Assembly: GCA_031973435.1 (NCBI GenBank)
Contig: DALYDA010000002.1
Coordinates: 1 to 52,809 of the forward strand
Direction of reading: 5' to 3'
Origin: Minisyncoccota bacterium
Lineage (GTDB): Bacteria; Patescibacteriota; Minisyncoccia; Phycocordibacterales; UBA9973
DNA length: 52,809 nt
Below, piece by piece: positions 9,883 to 18,529 of this stretch (the stretch's first letter is position 1; each line of letters begins with the position of its first letter). The position numbers and the translations under genes were made by a program. The notes under the pieces were generated by a model, which searched no databases, had not been told where the DNA came from, and worked only from the letters and a program-made list of their open reading frames with translations.

Positions 9883-10329
9883 TTATGAGATACTCTCTAC
9901 TTCGATTACGATCTCTGTCTTTTTGCCATTCGCGTGCACTAGTATGGTATGTTCCCCTACAGTAGTTATGGGGCTCTTTAGTTCTACCATGCCTTTGGTC
10001 AGTTTTATTTTCAATTCCTTGTCTACGGCATCCAATATTTCTTTTACATCAAATTTAGAAAAAAAGTGACCTTTATCATTCGACTTCTTTTTTATTGTTA
10101 TTCTGTTTGCGGATAGTTTCTCAATAGTTTTCTCTAATAATTTCTCTTGAATACTTTTCTCAGCAATCCTTGTATTTTTGTCTTTGTTTAACTGTAGAAG
10201 GGCTTGGTCTGTAGCAGGAACTGCAAGTTTCCTAGGGAAAAGAAAGTTCTGAGCGTAGCCAGTATTTACTTCCTTCACTTCGTCCCTCTTCCCTATTCTC
10301 GGCACATTTGATAAAAATATAACTTTCAT
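9883..10329 (-). CDS. rplI: 50S ribosomal protein L9
   Basis: 148 aa; MKVIFLSNV...GYAQNFLFPRKLA N-terminal domain. Confidence 0.92.
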   Translation of the reverse strand: MKVIFLSNVPRIGKRDEVKEVNTGYAQNFLFPRKLAVPATDQALLQLNKDKNTRIAEKSIQEKLLEKTIEKLSANRITIKKKSNDKGHFFSKFDVKEILDAVDKELKIKLTKGMVELKSPITTVGEHTILVHANGKKTEIVIEVESIS

Positions 10330-10332
10330 AAA

Positions 10333-11544
10333 TTATTTTGATTTTAATATTTCATAAGCCTTGTTCATCTGTGGATCTATCTTGTTTTCTATATCATCTT
10401 TTGTAACAGGTACCACATAATCCGGAGTCAGTCCGTTCTTTGATATAGAAATTCTGTTTGGTGTAAGCCATTTTGCAACAGTAATTTTAAGTGATGTATT
10501 TTCTGTTATTGGTACCAATTCTTGAACTGAGCCCTTTCCATAGGTTTGCTCTCCAACAAGCACTGCTTTTCCGTATTCTTGTAAGGCTCCGGCAAATATC
10601 TCGGATGCGGAAGCAGACCCTCCGTCAACTAGTATTACTATGTCATATCCTTTGCCAAATACGTTGTACCCCCTACTTCTAAATATTGTTTCTTCGTTGT
10701 TTAGTCCACTTTCGATCACAACAGGAGTACCTGCTGGTAAAAACCAACTCGCAGTATCTATTGCGTGCTCCAGATAGCCTCCAGGGTTGCCTCGAAGGTC
10801 TATGATTAGATTCTTCTTTCCTGATATTAAGAATTGTTGTAGGGCATTTTCAAACTCGTCATCTGCATGCAAAGAGAAACTAAAGAAGTGTATCACAAAG
10901 ATTTCGCTGTCAGTATTATCTATTTCCAGTGTTGGAACATTTATAATCGATCTCGCTACACTAATATTCATCGGAGTATTACTTTCTTCGCGCAATATCG
11001 TAAGAATTACTTTAGTTCCTACCTCTCCGCGTATAAGTGAGATTGACTCATCTATATTTAGTTCTTGTGTCGATGTGCCATCTATCGCAATAATCTTGTC
11101 TCCAGCTAGCATGCCCGCTTTTTCAGCAGGAGAGCCAGCGAGAGGGGCTATCACAGTCAACTCACCATCCTTTATGTCAATTTCTACACCTATTCCTCCA
11201 AATTCTCCGTTGATCTCCTCTGTAAATGCCTTGTTGTCTTCAGGTGGGAAAAACTCAGTGTATGGGTCATTAAGTGAACCAGCAAGTCCGCTTATTGCGC
11301 CCCAGATTTTCTCTTCGTCACTAATCTCCTCTGGGTACTTTTCGTTTATTATACTCCATGCCTTCCAGAATGGTTCAAAGTCAGCAGTTTCGGCTTCTGC
11401 AGGAGGTGCGGAGTTCCAAAGGTTTGTAACTTTTGTGACCGAAGGTCTATTCTGGAATCCGATATATATACCGGCAATAAAAAATACTCCTACAACAAAA
11501 GTAGATTTAAAAAGCCGTAAAATAGATTTGCCGGTGATATTCAT
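10333..11544 (-). CDS. Carboxy-terminal processing protease (S41)
   Basis: N-terminal TM, PDZ segment (AGDKIIAIDG), catalytic region GGSASASEIFAGALQ. Confidence 0.88.
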   Translation of the reverse strand: MNITGKSILRLFKSTFVVGVFFIAGIYIGFQNRPSVTKVTNLWNSAPPAEAETADFEPFWKAWSIINEKYPEEISDEEKIWGAISGLAGSLNDPYTEFFPPEDNKAFTEEINGEFGGIGVEIDIKDGELTVIAPLAGSPAEKAGMLAGDKIIAIDGTSTQELNIDESISLIRGEVGTKVILTILREESNTPMNISVARSIINVPTLEIDNTDSEIFVIHFFSFSLHADDEFENALQQFLISGKKNLIIDLRGNPGGYLEHAIDTASWFLPAGTPVVIESGLNNEETIFRSRGYNVFGKGYDIVILVDGGSASASEIFAGALQEYGKAVLVGEQTYGKGSVQELVPITENTSLKITVAKWLTPNRISISKNGLTPDYVVPVTKDDIENKIDPQMNKAYEILKSK

Positions 11545-11575
11545 TTTTATATTATCGCAGACGATCGATCTTTAA

Positions 11576-12733
11576 TCAACTCGGCTCATATACGCCGAGT
11601 GTGTATGTGTTTGCTGGGTCCCAGACTAACCATGAGTCGAGCCCGACATCATAGGTGGCTTGTATTTGTTCTTTTACCATATCTTTTGTGTATGTTGCAC
11701 CAAGATTGAAGTCCTGTATCCACGGTCTCAATTTTTCCGGACTTACTCCCATTGCAATTGCTCTGTCGACACCAGCTTTCATAGAAGCGTGAATCACTTC
11801 ATATGGAACTTGTGCAGGTTTTGCATATCCATTCCATCCATCCGGATAGTGTGATGGGTATACCATAGGACACACGTAGTCTAGATACTTGAGTGCGATC
11901 TCAAGATTTTGTCCTATTCCTAGATCGTCAGTATTTGTAGTTGTCATTCCAAATAGGTCTCCTGATATAGGTACACGACCCTCGAAGTGCTGATCCATGT
12001 ATGAGAAAAACTCTCCGAGAACTTCTTGCTTAACTTTTCCTTCAGATATAGGGTAATAAATATCTTTCATGTTTCCATCGGATGGAAATCGAATGTAGTC
12101 AAAGTTTAGTTCATCGAAACCTCTCGAATATGCCTCGTCTCCTATCCTCGCTATATACTCCCAGACTTTCATGCTGCCAGTATCCATCCATGAAATACCC
12201 TTTCTGTCTTTCCATATTACACTTTTATTGGTTGCAGTTTTTACTGCCTCATCAGGCCAGATTTTTACAAGCTCAGCGTCTTGAAACACAGATATTCTCC
12301 CGATTACATATATGTTTCTGGAGTGTAGGTCTGCGATGAGTGTATCTATGTCACTTATTCTTTTTTCTACCACTCCCATTTCTTGGAGCACGGGGTCATT
12401 TACTTCAAACGCTATTTTTCCAGAGTAATCTTTTATGTCGATAATAACCGAGTTTACTTCGGTAGTGTCGACGATATTGAGAACTCCTTCTCGGAGACTT
12501 TTTGTGCCCGCTGCCCAGCTTGTAAGGTACAAGGCTTTTACTGCTTCGGGTGTTTCTATGTGTGTCGCAATATTTACTGGAAGTTCCTCCTCCTCTGTTT
12601 CGTCAGTGATACTCTCTGTGATATTTTCCACAGTATTACTCACATATGAAGACGGGAAAACTCTGGGTGCAAAATACAGCCCAACAAGAATAAGTATTAC
12701 TACTATTAAAATAAATTTAGTCTTCCCTTTCAT
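11576..12733 (-). CDS. Putative TIM-barrel glycoside hydrolase-like protein (COG1306/DUF4015-like)
   Basis: 385 aa, N-terminal TM. Segments FDELNFDYIRFP and CPMVYPSHY are typical of this family as I recall it. Confidence 0.6.
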   Translation of the reverse strand: MKGKTKFILIVVILILVGLYFAPRVFPSSYVSNTVENITESITDETEEEELPVNIATHIETPEAVKALYLTSWAAGTKSLREGVLNIVDTTEVNSVIIDIKDYSGKIAFEVNDPVLQEMGVVEKRISDIDTLIADLHSRNIYVIGRISVFQDAELVKIWPDEAVKTATNKSVIWKDRKGISWMDTGSMKVWEYIARIGDEAYSRGFDELNFDYIRFPSDGNMKDIYYPISEGKVKQEVLGEFFSYMDQHFEGRVPISGDLFGMTTTNTDDLGIGQNLEIALKYLDYVCPMVYPSHYPDGWNGYAKPAQVPYEVIHASMKAGVDRAIAMGVSPEKLRPWIQDFNLGATYTKDMVKEQIQATYDVGLDSWLVWDPANTYTLGVYEPS

Positions 12734-12749
12734 TTAGAATATTCAATAT

Positions 12750-12995
12750 TTAAAGAGACTCTTCTATGTCTGTTGAGGAACCATCTTCAATGGATTCTTC
12801 TTGTATGCTTTGTACTCTCTCCTCGTTTTTCTTCAATCTTTGTATTCTCTTTCGTCTTTTAAATGCGTAGGCTAGCAATATAAGTGATGATCCAGTAATT
12901 ATGAAAAGTGCGTTTTTCAGACCTCTGGGAAATCCTAAGAATGGTAATATCATTATCCACAAGCCTGTTAGTATAAGAATTCTATGTTTACTCAT
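12750..12995 (-). CDS. Small membrane protein, acidic C-terminus
   Basis: ORF 12750..13028. ATG at 12995 preferred (TATATT 8 nt upstream). Two TM helices. Confidence 0.5.
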   Translation of the reverse strand: MSKHRILILTGLWIMILPFLGFPRGLKNALFIITGSSLILLAYAFKRRKRIQRLKKNEERVQSIQEESIEDGSSTDIEESL

Positions 12996-13032
12996 ATATA
13001 GATAATATATCAAATAAGTGACTCGCACAATG

Positions 13033-13755
13033 CTACTTACGAGGCCAAACTATAAGCACATACTCGCCCTTCGGAGAGAGCACTTTTGTGTGTGTAAGCA
13101 AGTTCTCTATCGTGTCAGTAAAGATCTCCTCAAATTGCTTTGTGAGCTCTCGTGCTACAGATACCTTTCTCTCATTTCCGAGCACTTTTCCTATCTCAGT
13201 AAGAGTTTTCATTACTCTGTGTGGTGACTCGTACAAAACTACTGCATGCTCTACTTCTAGGAGCCCTTGGATAAATTTATTTCGTCCCTTTTTTTGTGGA
13301 ATAAAACCCAAAAAACTAAACTGATTCCCCGGTATACCTGAAACAGATATGGCAGTTGTAATCGCACTAGGCCCTGGTATGGGAACAATATTTGTATTTG
13401 GGAGCTCGTTTCGAACTTTTGTTATCAGAAGACATCCTGGGTCTGAGATGGAGGGAGTTCCTGCGTCTGATATATAAGCAACACGTTCACCTTTGTCTAG
13501 TCTTTCTATTATCTTTTCTATATCACTAGATTTACTTTTTGCATGAAATGACAGGAGTGGCTTTTTTATCCCATACTTAGCGAGCAACATTCCACTTGTT
13601 CTTGTGTCTTCGCATACTATTGTGTCCACTTGGCTAAGTGTTGCAAGTGCACGAAGTGTGATATCCCCCATATTTCCGATAGGGGTGGCAACCATATACA
13701 AAGTCGAACCCTTTTCGATCTTTTTTTGGAGTACTTCATCAAAGTTACTTATCAT
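13033..13755 (-). CDS. rsmI: 16S rRNA (cytidine1402-2'-O)-methyltransferase
   Basis: Tetrapyrrole-methylase fold; motifs GNMGDITLRA, CEDTR, DAGTPSISDPG. Confidence 0.88.
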   Translation of the reverse strand: MISNFDEVLQKKIEKGSTLYMVATPIGNMGDITLRALATLSQVDTIVCEDTRTSGMLLAKYGIKKPLLSFHAKSKSSDIEKIIERLDKGERVAYISDAGTPSISDPGCLLITKVRNELPNTNIVPIPGPSAITTAISVSGIPGNQFSFLGFIPQKKGRNKFIQGLLEVEHAVVLYESPHRVMKTLTEIGKVLGNERKVSVARELTKQFEEIFTDTIENLLTHTKVLSPKGEYVLIVWPRK

Positions 13756-14174
13756 TAGATATTTAGGATATCGATTATTCTAGGAACTATAACACTTGTT
13801 AATCCGAAGAGTATTCCTCCCCAGATAGTGTCTACTAGAACAAGCTTTTTTGGCCAGTCTTTTAATCCTGCGTAGTTTGTAAACTCATATATGGCATAAA
13901 CCAATATTCCAAATACAGCTCCATACACAAAAGAACCTAGTGTGTTTCGCATTGCGACAATTGTTGGAAAAACATAGAACAAGAAGCCAGTGACCATCGC
14001 TATGTAAACTACCAAGATCGCTCCTTTCTTCGGAGCAAATGCTCCTGTAGGACCAAACCTACCAATAGTAGAAAGAGATTTTCTATAGACCTTTGCCATT
14101 ATTAAAAGGAGCCAGATTGCATCTAGTGCAAGCATGACCACTGCGGTGATTAGAAATATATATAAGAATTGCAT
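13755..14174 (-). CDS. Small integral membrane protein (DUF2177-like, tentative)
   Basis: 139 aa, 4 TM. Stop overlaps the rsmI start. Confidence 0.65.
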   Translation of the reverse strand: MQFLYIFLITAVVMLALDAIWLLLIMAKVYRKSLSTIGRFGPTGAFAPKKGAILVVYIAMVTGFLFYVFPTIVAMRNTLGSFVYGAVFGILVYAIYEFTNYAGLKDWPKKLVLVDTIWGGILFGLTSVIVPRIIDILNI

Positions 14175-14180
14175 GTATAG

Positions 14181-14189
14181 ATTATAGCA
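14181..14189 (-). promoter_or_regulatory. Extended -10 TGcTATAAT, 6 nt before the ATG at 14174
   Basis: Minus strand reads TGCTATAAT-ctatac-ATG. Confidence 0.55.
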
Positions 14190-14193
14190 AACA

Positions 14194-14802
14194 TCATCTC
14201 TTTTTCCATTCTAGGATCTTTCCAGCCTTTTGCTCTATTTTGTCTGCGTTTCGAAGGAAGTTTCGCTTCCCATCAAATATTTTTGTGTGCTCTATGTCGT
14301 CTAGCATCTTGTCTATATGCCAAAGATCTTCTTTTGAAGTTATCCAACTGTCATCTTGTTTGGATAGATCCAAGAGCTTGGAGTAACTAAAGAGAGTCTT
14401 TATACCATTGTCGTCTGTGTACTCATGGAAATATGACATCACGAGCTCCCTTACACTTTTATAAACTGGATCACGAAATCTGAGCACTGAGTGGTTCGTT
14501 TTAGATATCGCCCCATAAAGATGATTGGTTTTGTATACACAAATAACGTGGTCGAGATCACGCGGGATTGTTTTCAGGTGAAGTAACCAGGATTTCTTTT
14601 TGTTAAGTTTGAACAAAAAGTATGCCATAAGTGCTCCTTCCATGCAGTGTGCTTTATTTTTTTTCAAAACAGAAAAGGGAGACATGCAAGTCTCCCCTCC
14701 CTTTTCGAAATTTATAGGAATACTATTTAGAAAGCTCTGTATTTGACTTGGAGTTTTTAACTTACGTAAACTTGCCAATTCACTTTTAGAGAACTTTTCC
14801 AT
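14194..14802 (-). CDS. Hypothetical protein, possible transglutaminase-like Cys/His/Asp fold
   Basis: 202 aa. KAHCMEGALMAYF followed by DLDHVICVY resembles the papain/transglutaminase-like C...H.D order (weak). Confidence 0.6.
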   Translation of the reverse strand: MEKFSKSELASLRKLKTPSQIQSFLNSIPINFEKGGETCMSPFSVLKKNKAHCMEGALMAYFLFKLNKKKSWLLHLKTIPRDLDHVICVYKTNHLYGAISKTNHSVLRFRDPVYKSVRELVMSYFHEYTDDNGIKTLFSYSKLLDLSKQDDSWITSKEDLWHIDKMLDDIEHTKIFDGKRNFLRNADKIEQKAGKILEWKKR

Positions 14803-14918
14803 AGCAAAATACTTACGCTTTCTTTTCTTTTTTTGGTTTCTTCTTTTCTTTCCTTCTTGAATCGTTTCCTTTTGCCATATAAATATATTTTATCTTTTAA
14901 TAATATTATTCTACCACA

Positions 14919-15284
14919 CTATGAAAGTAGTCCAAGTAACATAAGGATTGCTCCAACTATAGCCATGTTCTTTGTGAACCCGATAGTCTGGTTCGTACGA
15001 GCATTAGGATCTGTCTCCTTCCAAAAGTCGTGCATCATAATTGTAGTTGGGATCATGAATAGAATGAGTACCCATAGACCAGCAATTACAAAGTAACCAG
15101 TAATCAGGGATAGTCCTCCAAAGAGTAGCATTGCACCTGTTGTGTACACTGAAAGTGAAGCCATGGGCACTCCCTTGCTTTTTGCGTATCCTGTTAGTCC
15201 AGCGTTATGTTTAAAGTGACTGTACCCGTTATAGATAAAGTATAGTCCAAATATTACTTCTCCGATTATAAATAGTATTTCCAT
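14919..15284 (-). CDS. DoxX-family membrane protein
   Basis: 121 aa, 4 TM, DoxX-like layout. Confidence 0.6.
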   Translation of the reverse strand: MEILFIIGEVIFGLYFIYNGYSHFKHNAGLTGYAKSKGVPMASLSVYTTGAMLLFGGLSLITGYFVIAGLWVLILFMIPTTIMMHDFWKETDPNARTNQTIGFTKNMAIVGAILMLLGLLS

Positions 15285-15310
15285 AGAATTTTGTATTTAT
15301 TTTAATAATA

Positions 15311-15709
15311 TTACTCAGTTGTTACTCCGTCGAATTCTTCTTCGTTTTCCATTGCCTCTGTTTTTGTCTTTCTAACGATCTGGTCCTTGTGGTGAGCTGG
15401 AGAATATATTGTATAGAATTTCAAACTTTCGGTATCTGATGTGTTTACAACATTGTGCTCTGCCCCACTTGGTACAACAACAGCGTCTCCCTCAGCAACT
15501 TCATAAGTATTGCCGTCAATTAGAACTCTGCCATTCCCCTTTTCAAATCTGAAAAATTGATCGTTTTCAGTATGTACTTCAAGACCAATCTCTTCACCTG
15601 GCAACAAGCTCATAAGCACAAGCTGTGAATGCTTGCCTGTGTAGAGAACTTTTCTAAAATCTGTGTTACTAGATGTCAGTTCTTCTATGTTTTCTTTGTA
15701 TCCTTTCAT
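15311..15709 (-). CDS. Cupin-domain protein
   Basis: 132 aa; GEEIGLEVHTENDQFF...GDAVVVPSGAEHNVVN two-motif cupin signature. Confidence 0.8.
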   Translation of the reverse strand: MKGYKENIEELTSSNTDFRKVLYTGKHSQLVLMSLLPGEEIGLEVHTENDQFFRFEKGNGRVLIDGNTYEVAEGDAVVVPSGAEHNVVNTSDTESLKFYTIYSPAHHKDQIVRKTKTEAMENEEEFDGVTTE

Positions 15710-15715
15710 GCTTAG

Positions 15716-15724
15716 ATTATACCA
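15716..15724 (-). promoter_or_regulatory. Extended -10 TGgTATAAT, 6 nt before the ATG at 15709
   Basis: Minus strand reads TGGTATAAT-ctaagc-ATG. Confidence 0.55.
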
Positions 15725-15786
15725 AATCTAGTCTGTATATAGTAGTTATTATCAGTCTTGTGTGTTATACTCGCCAAATCGCAATT

Positions 15787-15957
15787 ATGCGGTTTATAAG
15801 CATAACTAAAAACAATATGGACGATACAAACATTGACCCAGCATTGCAAGATGCTATGGTAGAAGAGGAAGAAACTTCTACAGAAGAAGTATCTGCTGAA
15901 GGAACTACAGAAGAAGTAGTAGCAGAAGAAGAAGCTTCTACAGAAGAAGCTGCATAA
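15787..15957 (+). CDS. Small highly acidic peptide with S/T-T-E-E repeats (alternative start 15817)
   Basis: TGtTATACT at 15763-15771. ATG at 15787 or 15817. Ends directly before a perfect palindromic terminator. Confidence 0.4.
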   Translation: MRFISITKNNMDDTNIDPALQDAMVEEEETSTEEVSAEGTTEEVVAEEEASTEEAA

Positions 15958-15985
15958 ATAGAAACTCTATTCCTATCAAATAGAG

Positions 15986-16023
15986 CACAAAAAATCTCGC
16001 AATTAATTGCGAGATTTTTTGTG
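15986..16023. terminator. Perfect 19+19 nt palindromic bidirectional terminator
   Basis: CACAAAAAATCTCGCAATT/AATTGCGAGATTTTTTGTG between convergent genes. Confidence 0.8.
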
Positions 16024-16035
16024 CCTGAGTGTTTT

Positions 16036-16785
16036 CTATGATTCCCCTCCGTCAACAAATCTTAGATTGATAACATTTCCAAATACGTCAGCGTCATAAG
16101 AGAAGTTCGCATCCTCTTGTATGTGTCCATCCTCGTACATGACTGAGCCTGTGTTTGTTGAAGTGTCTATGCTATATGAAGTCATATACCATGACCCTCC
16201 GAGCACAGGTTGTACTGCAGAAAGTGCGCTTAGATTTGCCCTTAGATAGTCTCCAACGCTTTCCCTTTCTGTGAGATCAATACATGAAATGTCAGACAGG
16301 GTAAGTCCTGTGAAGTTTATGCTTTCTTTGTTTTTGTATACGTATACTCCGTCTCCCCTATCTTCCATTTCTCCCATACCGATACTTGCAGTTCCTTCTC
16401 CAAATATAATGCTAAGTTCCTCTTTGTTTGTCGTTCCCTCTGCCATCGCACCCCACCAAGCACTGACAGTTCGTGCCATCATAGTCTTGTCTACTTCACT
16501 TACTGTCCCCTCAAATAGTCCAACCTTGCTATCCTTCTCCGCTGGAAGAAAATTTAGCTCACCAGTAACTGTGTCGTTCTCATTGTCTATAGACATGCGA
16601 AGAGTATATCTGTCGTAATATCCTACCTCGTTTGGTTGTCCAAAGCTCCCAAAACACATTTCAACAATTTGATTTTCATTGTTCTCTACGACTATATCAC
16701 TACTGTTTTTACTCCAATATTTGTCTACTAAGTAACTTACAACCGCAAGAAGCACAAGTGCAAGAATTATTTTTAAAATTTTCAT
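16036..16785 (-). CDS. Hypothetical N-terminally anchored secreted protein (paralog of 16815..17321)
   Basis: 249 aa, N-terminal TM. Shares a domain pattern with the upstream gene. Confidence 0.65.
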   Translation of the reverse strand: MKILKIILALVLLAVVSYLVDKYWSKNSSDIVVENNENQIVEMCFGSFGQPNEVGYYDRYTLRMSIDNENDTVTGELNFLPAEKDSKVGLFEGTVSEVDKTMMARTVSAWWGAMAEGTTNKEELSIIFGEGTASIGMGEMEDRGDGVYVYKNKESINFTGLTLSDISCIDLTERESVGDYLRANLSALSAVQPVLGGSWYMTSYSIDTSTNTGSVMYEDGHIQEDANFSYDADVFGNVINLRFVDGGES

Positions 16786-16814
16786 AAAGTTATATTGTTA
16801 CTAATAAAGTAAAA

Positions 16815-17321
16815 CTAGATATTGCAAAGAACTTTTGTATAAACAATATCTTTTATAAATATATCATGGTTAGGAACTAAGCCACCATTCTCCTCTATCA
16901 ATACATATCTGTGTTTTATAAGGGCGCTCTCTGTCATTGTATACTCTTCGGTCTCTGTATTCTTTGATCCCTCAACTTCATAATTAAAAGAAAGTAAAAG
17001 AATATCGTTTATTATTGTTCCATTTAGTGTGCCAAAATACCCATTTGTCATATCCGGTCCATCCTGGGTTCCATGTTTTGTGCCAGAAATAGCAGTATCT
17101 TTTATGGAGATTTCTATATACTCATCTACTTTGTAGGGTTCATTTGCTGTAGTACTCTGGTGATACTCGTAGCATGTATTTATGGACTGAGAAAGATTGT
17201 CTACTTCTGCTGTATCTCGTGGCTCTTGGTTCTTAAAAACCAAATAAATTGCAAATACTGTGATCAAAATTATACTTGTGGCTACAATGTTTTTATTCAA
17301 AATGAAGTTAGATTTAGACAT
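16815..17321 (-). CDS. Hypothetical N-terminally anchored secreted protein (paralog of 16036..16785)
   Basis: 168 aa, N-terminal TM. Confidence 0.65.
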   Translation of the reverse strand: MSKSNFILNKNIVATSIILITVFAIYLVFKNQEPRDTAEVDNLSQSINTCYEYHQSTTANEPYKVDEYIEISIKDTAISGTKHGTQDGPDMTNGYFGTLNGTIINDILLLSFNYEVEGSKNTETEEYTMTESALIKHRYVLIEENGGLVPNHDIFIKDIVYTKVLCNI

Positions 17322-17400
17322 GTGGGTTTTCTGCTCCGGTAATTTAAACTAGAAAAATAATAATTGCGATTACTTGTTGTTAAAATAGAATGCAAAATTT

Positions 17401-17970
17401 TTAGGATAAAGACATTTCCTCTAGAAGGTCAGAGATTCCCCTCTTTGATTTTGAAGAAAATGGGATTACGCGCATTCCATATGAGCAACTTCTGATGTCA
17501 GACAATTTTTTATGTAACTCTGATTGATTTAGCTTGTCTATTTTACTAGCTGCGATAATGACACTTCGGTTGTTCTCTAGTAAATCTTGTAACATTGCAG
17601 AGTCTTTGTCGGTAAAACCAATATTTGAATCTACTAGCAAAATCACTTTTTCTATCTTATTGTTTGGGTTGAAAAGGCACATTTCTATCAGTTTGCTTAT
17701 ACCTTCCTTGCCGAGTCCGCTGGTTCTAGCAAACCCATATCCCGGTAGGTCTAGAAAATATATATCGTCATTTATGAGATATAGATTTACTTCTTGAGTT
17801 CGGCCAGCATAGGTACTAGCTCTTGCGATCTTTGTATTTGTAAGTGCATTTAAAAGACTAGATTTTCCCACATTTGATCTACCTATAAAGGCATATTTGG
17901 GGTTGTTGTCCTCTAACAGCACGTCTTCTTTTACGATTCCTTTTACAAATTTTGCGCTTCTTGTCTTCAT
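17401..17970 (-). CDS. engB: Ribosome-biogenesis GTPase EngB/YsxC
   Basis: G1 GRSNVGKSS, G3 DLPGYG, G4 SKIDK; 189 aa. Confidence 0.88.
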   Translation of the reverse strand: MKTRSAKFVKGIVKEDVLLEDNNPKYAFIGRSNVGKSSLLNALTNTKIARASTYAGRTQEVNLYLINDDIYFLDLPGYGFARTSGLGKEGISKLIEMCLFNPNNKIEKVILLVDSNIGFTDKDSAMLQDLLENNRSVIIAASKIDKLNQSELHKKLSDIRSCSYGMRVIPFSSKSKRGISDLLEEMSLS

Positions 17971-18010
17971 AAGTATAGCCTATCATACAAAGCACTTTGT
18001 TCTTAGTATT

Positions 18011-18036
18011 ATAAAAACAACGGGGCTACCGTTGTT
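18011..18036 (-). terminator. Terminator whose loop contains the stop codon of 18026..18433
   Basis: Minus strand AACAACGG-TAGCC-CCGTTGTT followed by TTTTTAT. Confidence 0.65.
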
Positions 18037-18433
18037 CATTTGCCTGGTGTATGTGACCAATGACCATATTTCTAAAATCATTATGGTTTCTGGACAGTTC
18101 AGTCTTGATGTACACATTTGCACTACCATACCGCCAATTGGGACCATTCTCCCTGATAAACTCAGTAGGATTTATGAACCATTCATAAACATGTTCTCTT
18201 GAGAAAGTCAGGCAACAGATTTTATTTTTGTAATCTACTTTTATCTCAGTTTCACCATACGTGCCTTTTGGGACAATCTGAATATATAACTTCATTTTTA
18301 TCAGCCCCGCTCCTTTGTTATTGACACAAGCAAATTCTCCGCCAGTAAATATGTTTGAAGTTTTTTCTAGGCCAATCCCGATTTCAGAGTCCAAATAAAA
18401 ATAGTAATCATCACTAATATATAAGCCAAACAT
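18026..18433 (-). CDS. Hypothetical protein
   Basis: 135-aa ORF with own promoter-like TTTACA-17-TACTCT upstream and a terminator. No recognisable domain. Confidence 0.55.
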   Translation of the reverse strand: MFGLYISDDYYFYLDSEIGIGLEKTSNIFTGGEFACVNNKGAGLIKMKLYIQIVPKGTYGETEIKVDYKNKICCLTFSREHVYEWFINPTEFIRENGPNWRYGSANVYIKTELSRNHNDFRNMVIGHIHQANEQR

Positions 18434-18529
18434 TTTTATTGTTTTTGAAAGAGTACCTTTTCTTTGTCTAATTGTAAAGATTTGAGAAAAATAAAAAGAC
18501 CTACCTTTTACGGCAGATCTTTTAGGTGT

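Noticed and set aside
10787-11575. 262-aa plus-strand ORF
   Set aside because: It lies entirely antisense to the well-supported S41 protease gene. Its Ser/Ile-rich low-complexity translation is typical of a shadow ORF.
14833-15096. 87-aa plus-strand ORF and other 60-110-aa ORFs overlapping annotated genes in other frames or strands
   Set aside because: They overlap strongly supported genes (here the DoxX-like gene), lack start signals, and have improbable compositions.
15830-15957. Short tandem GAAGAAG/TCTACAGAAGAAG repeats as a possible CRISPR or satellite
   Set aside because: The repeats are in-frame coding repeats of an acidic peptide. There is no repeat-spacer periodicity. No CRISPR-like array was seen anywhere in the window.
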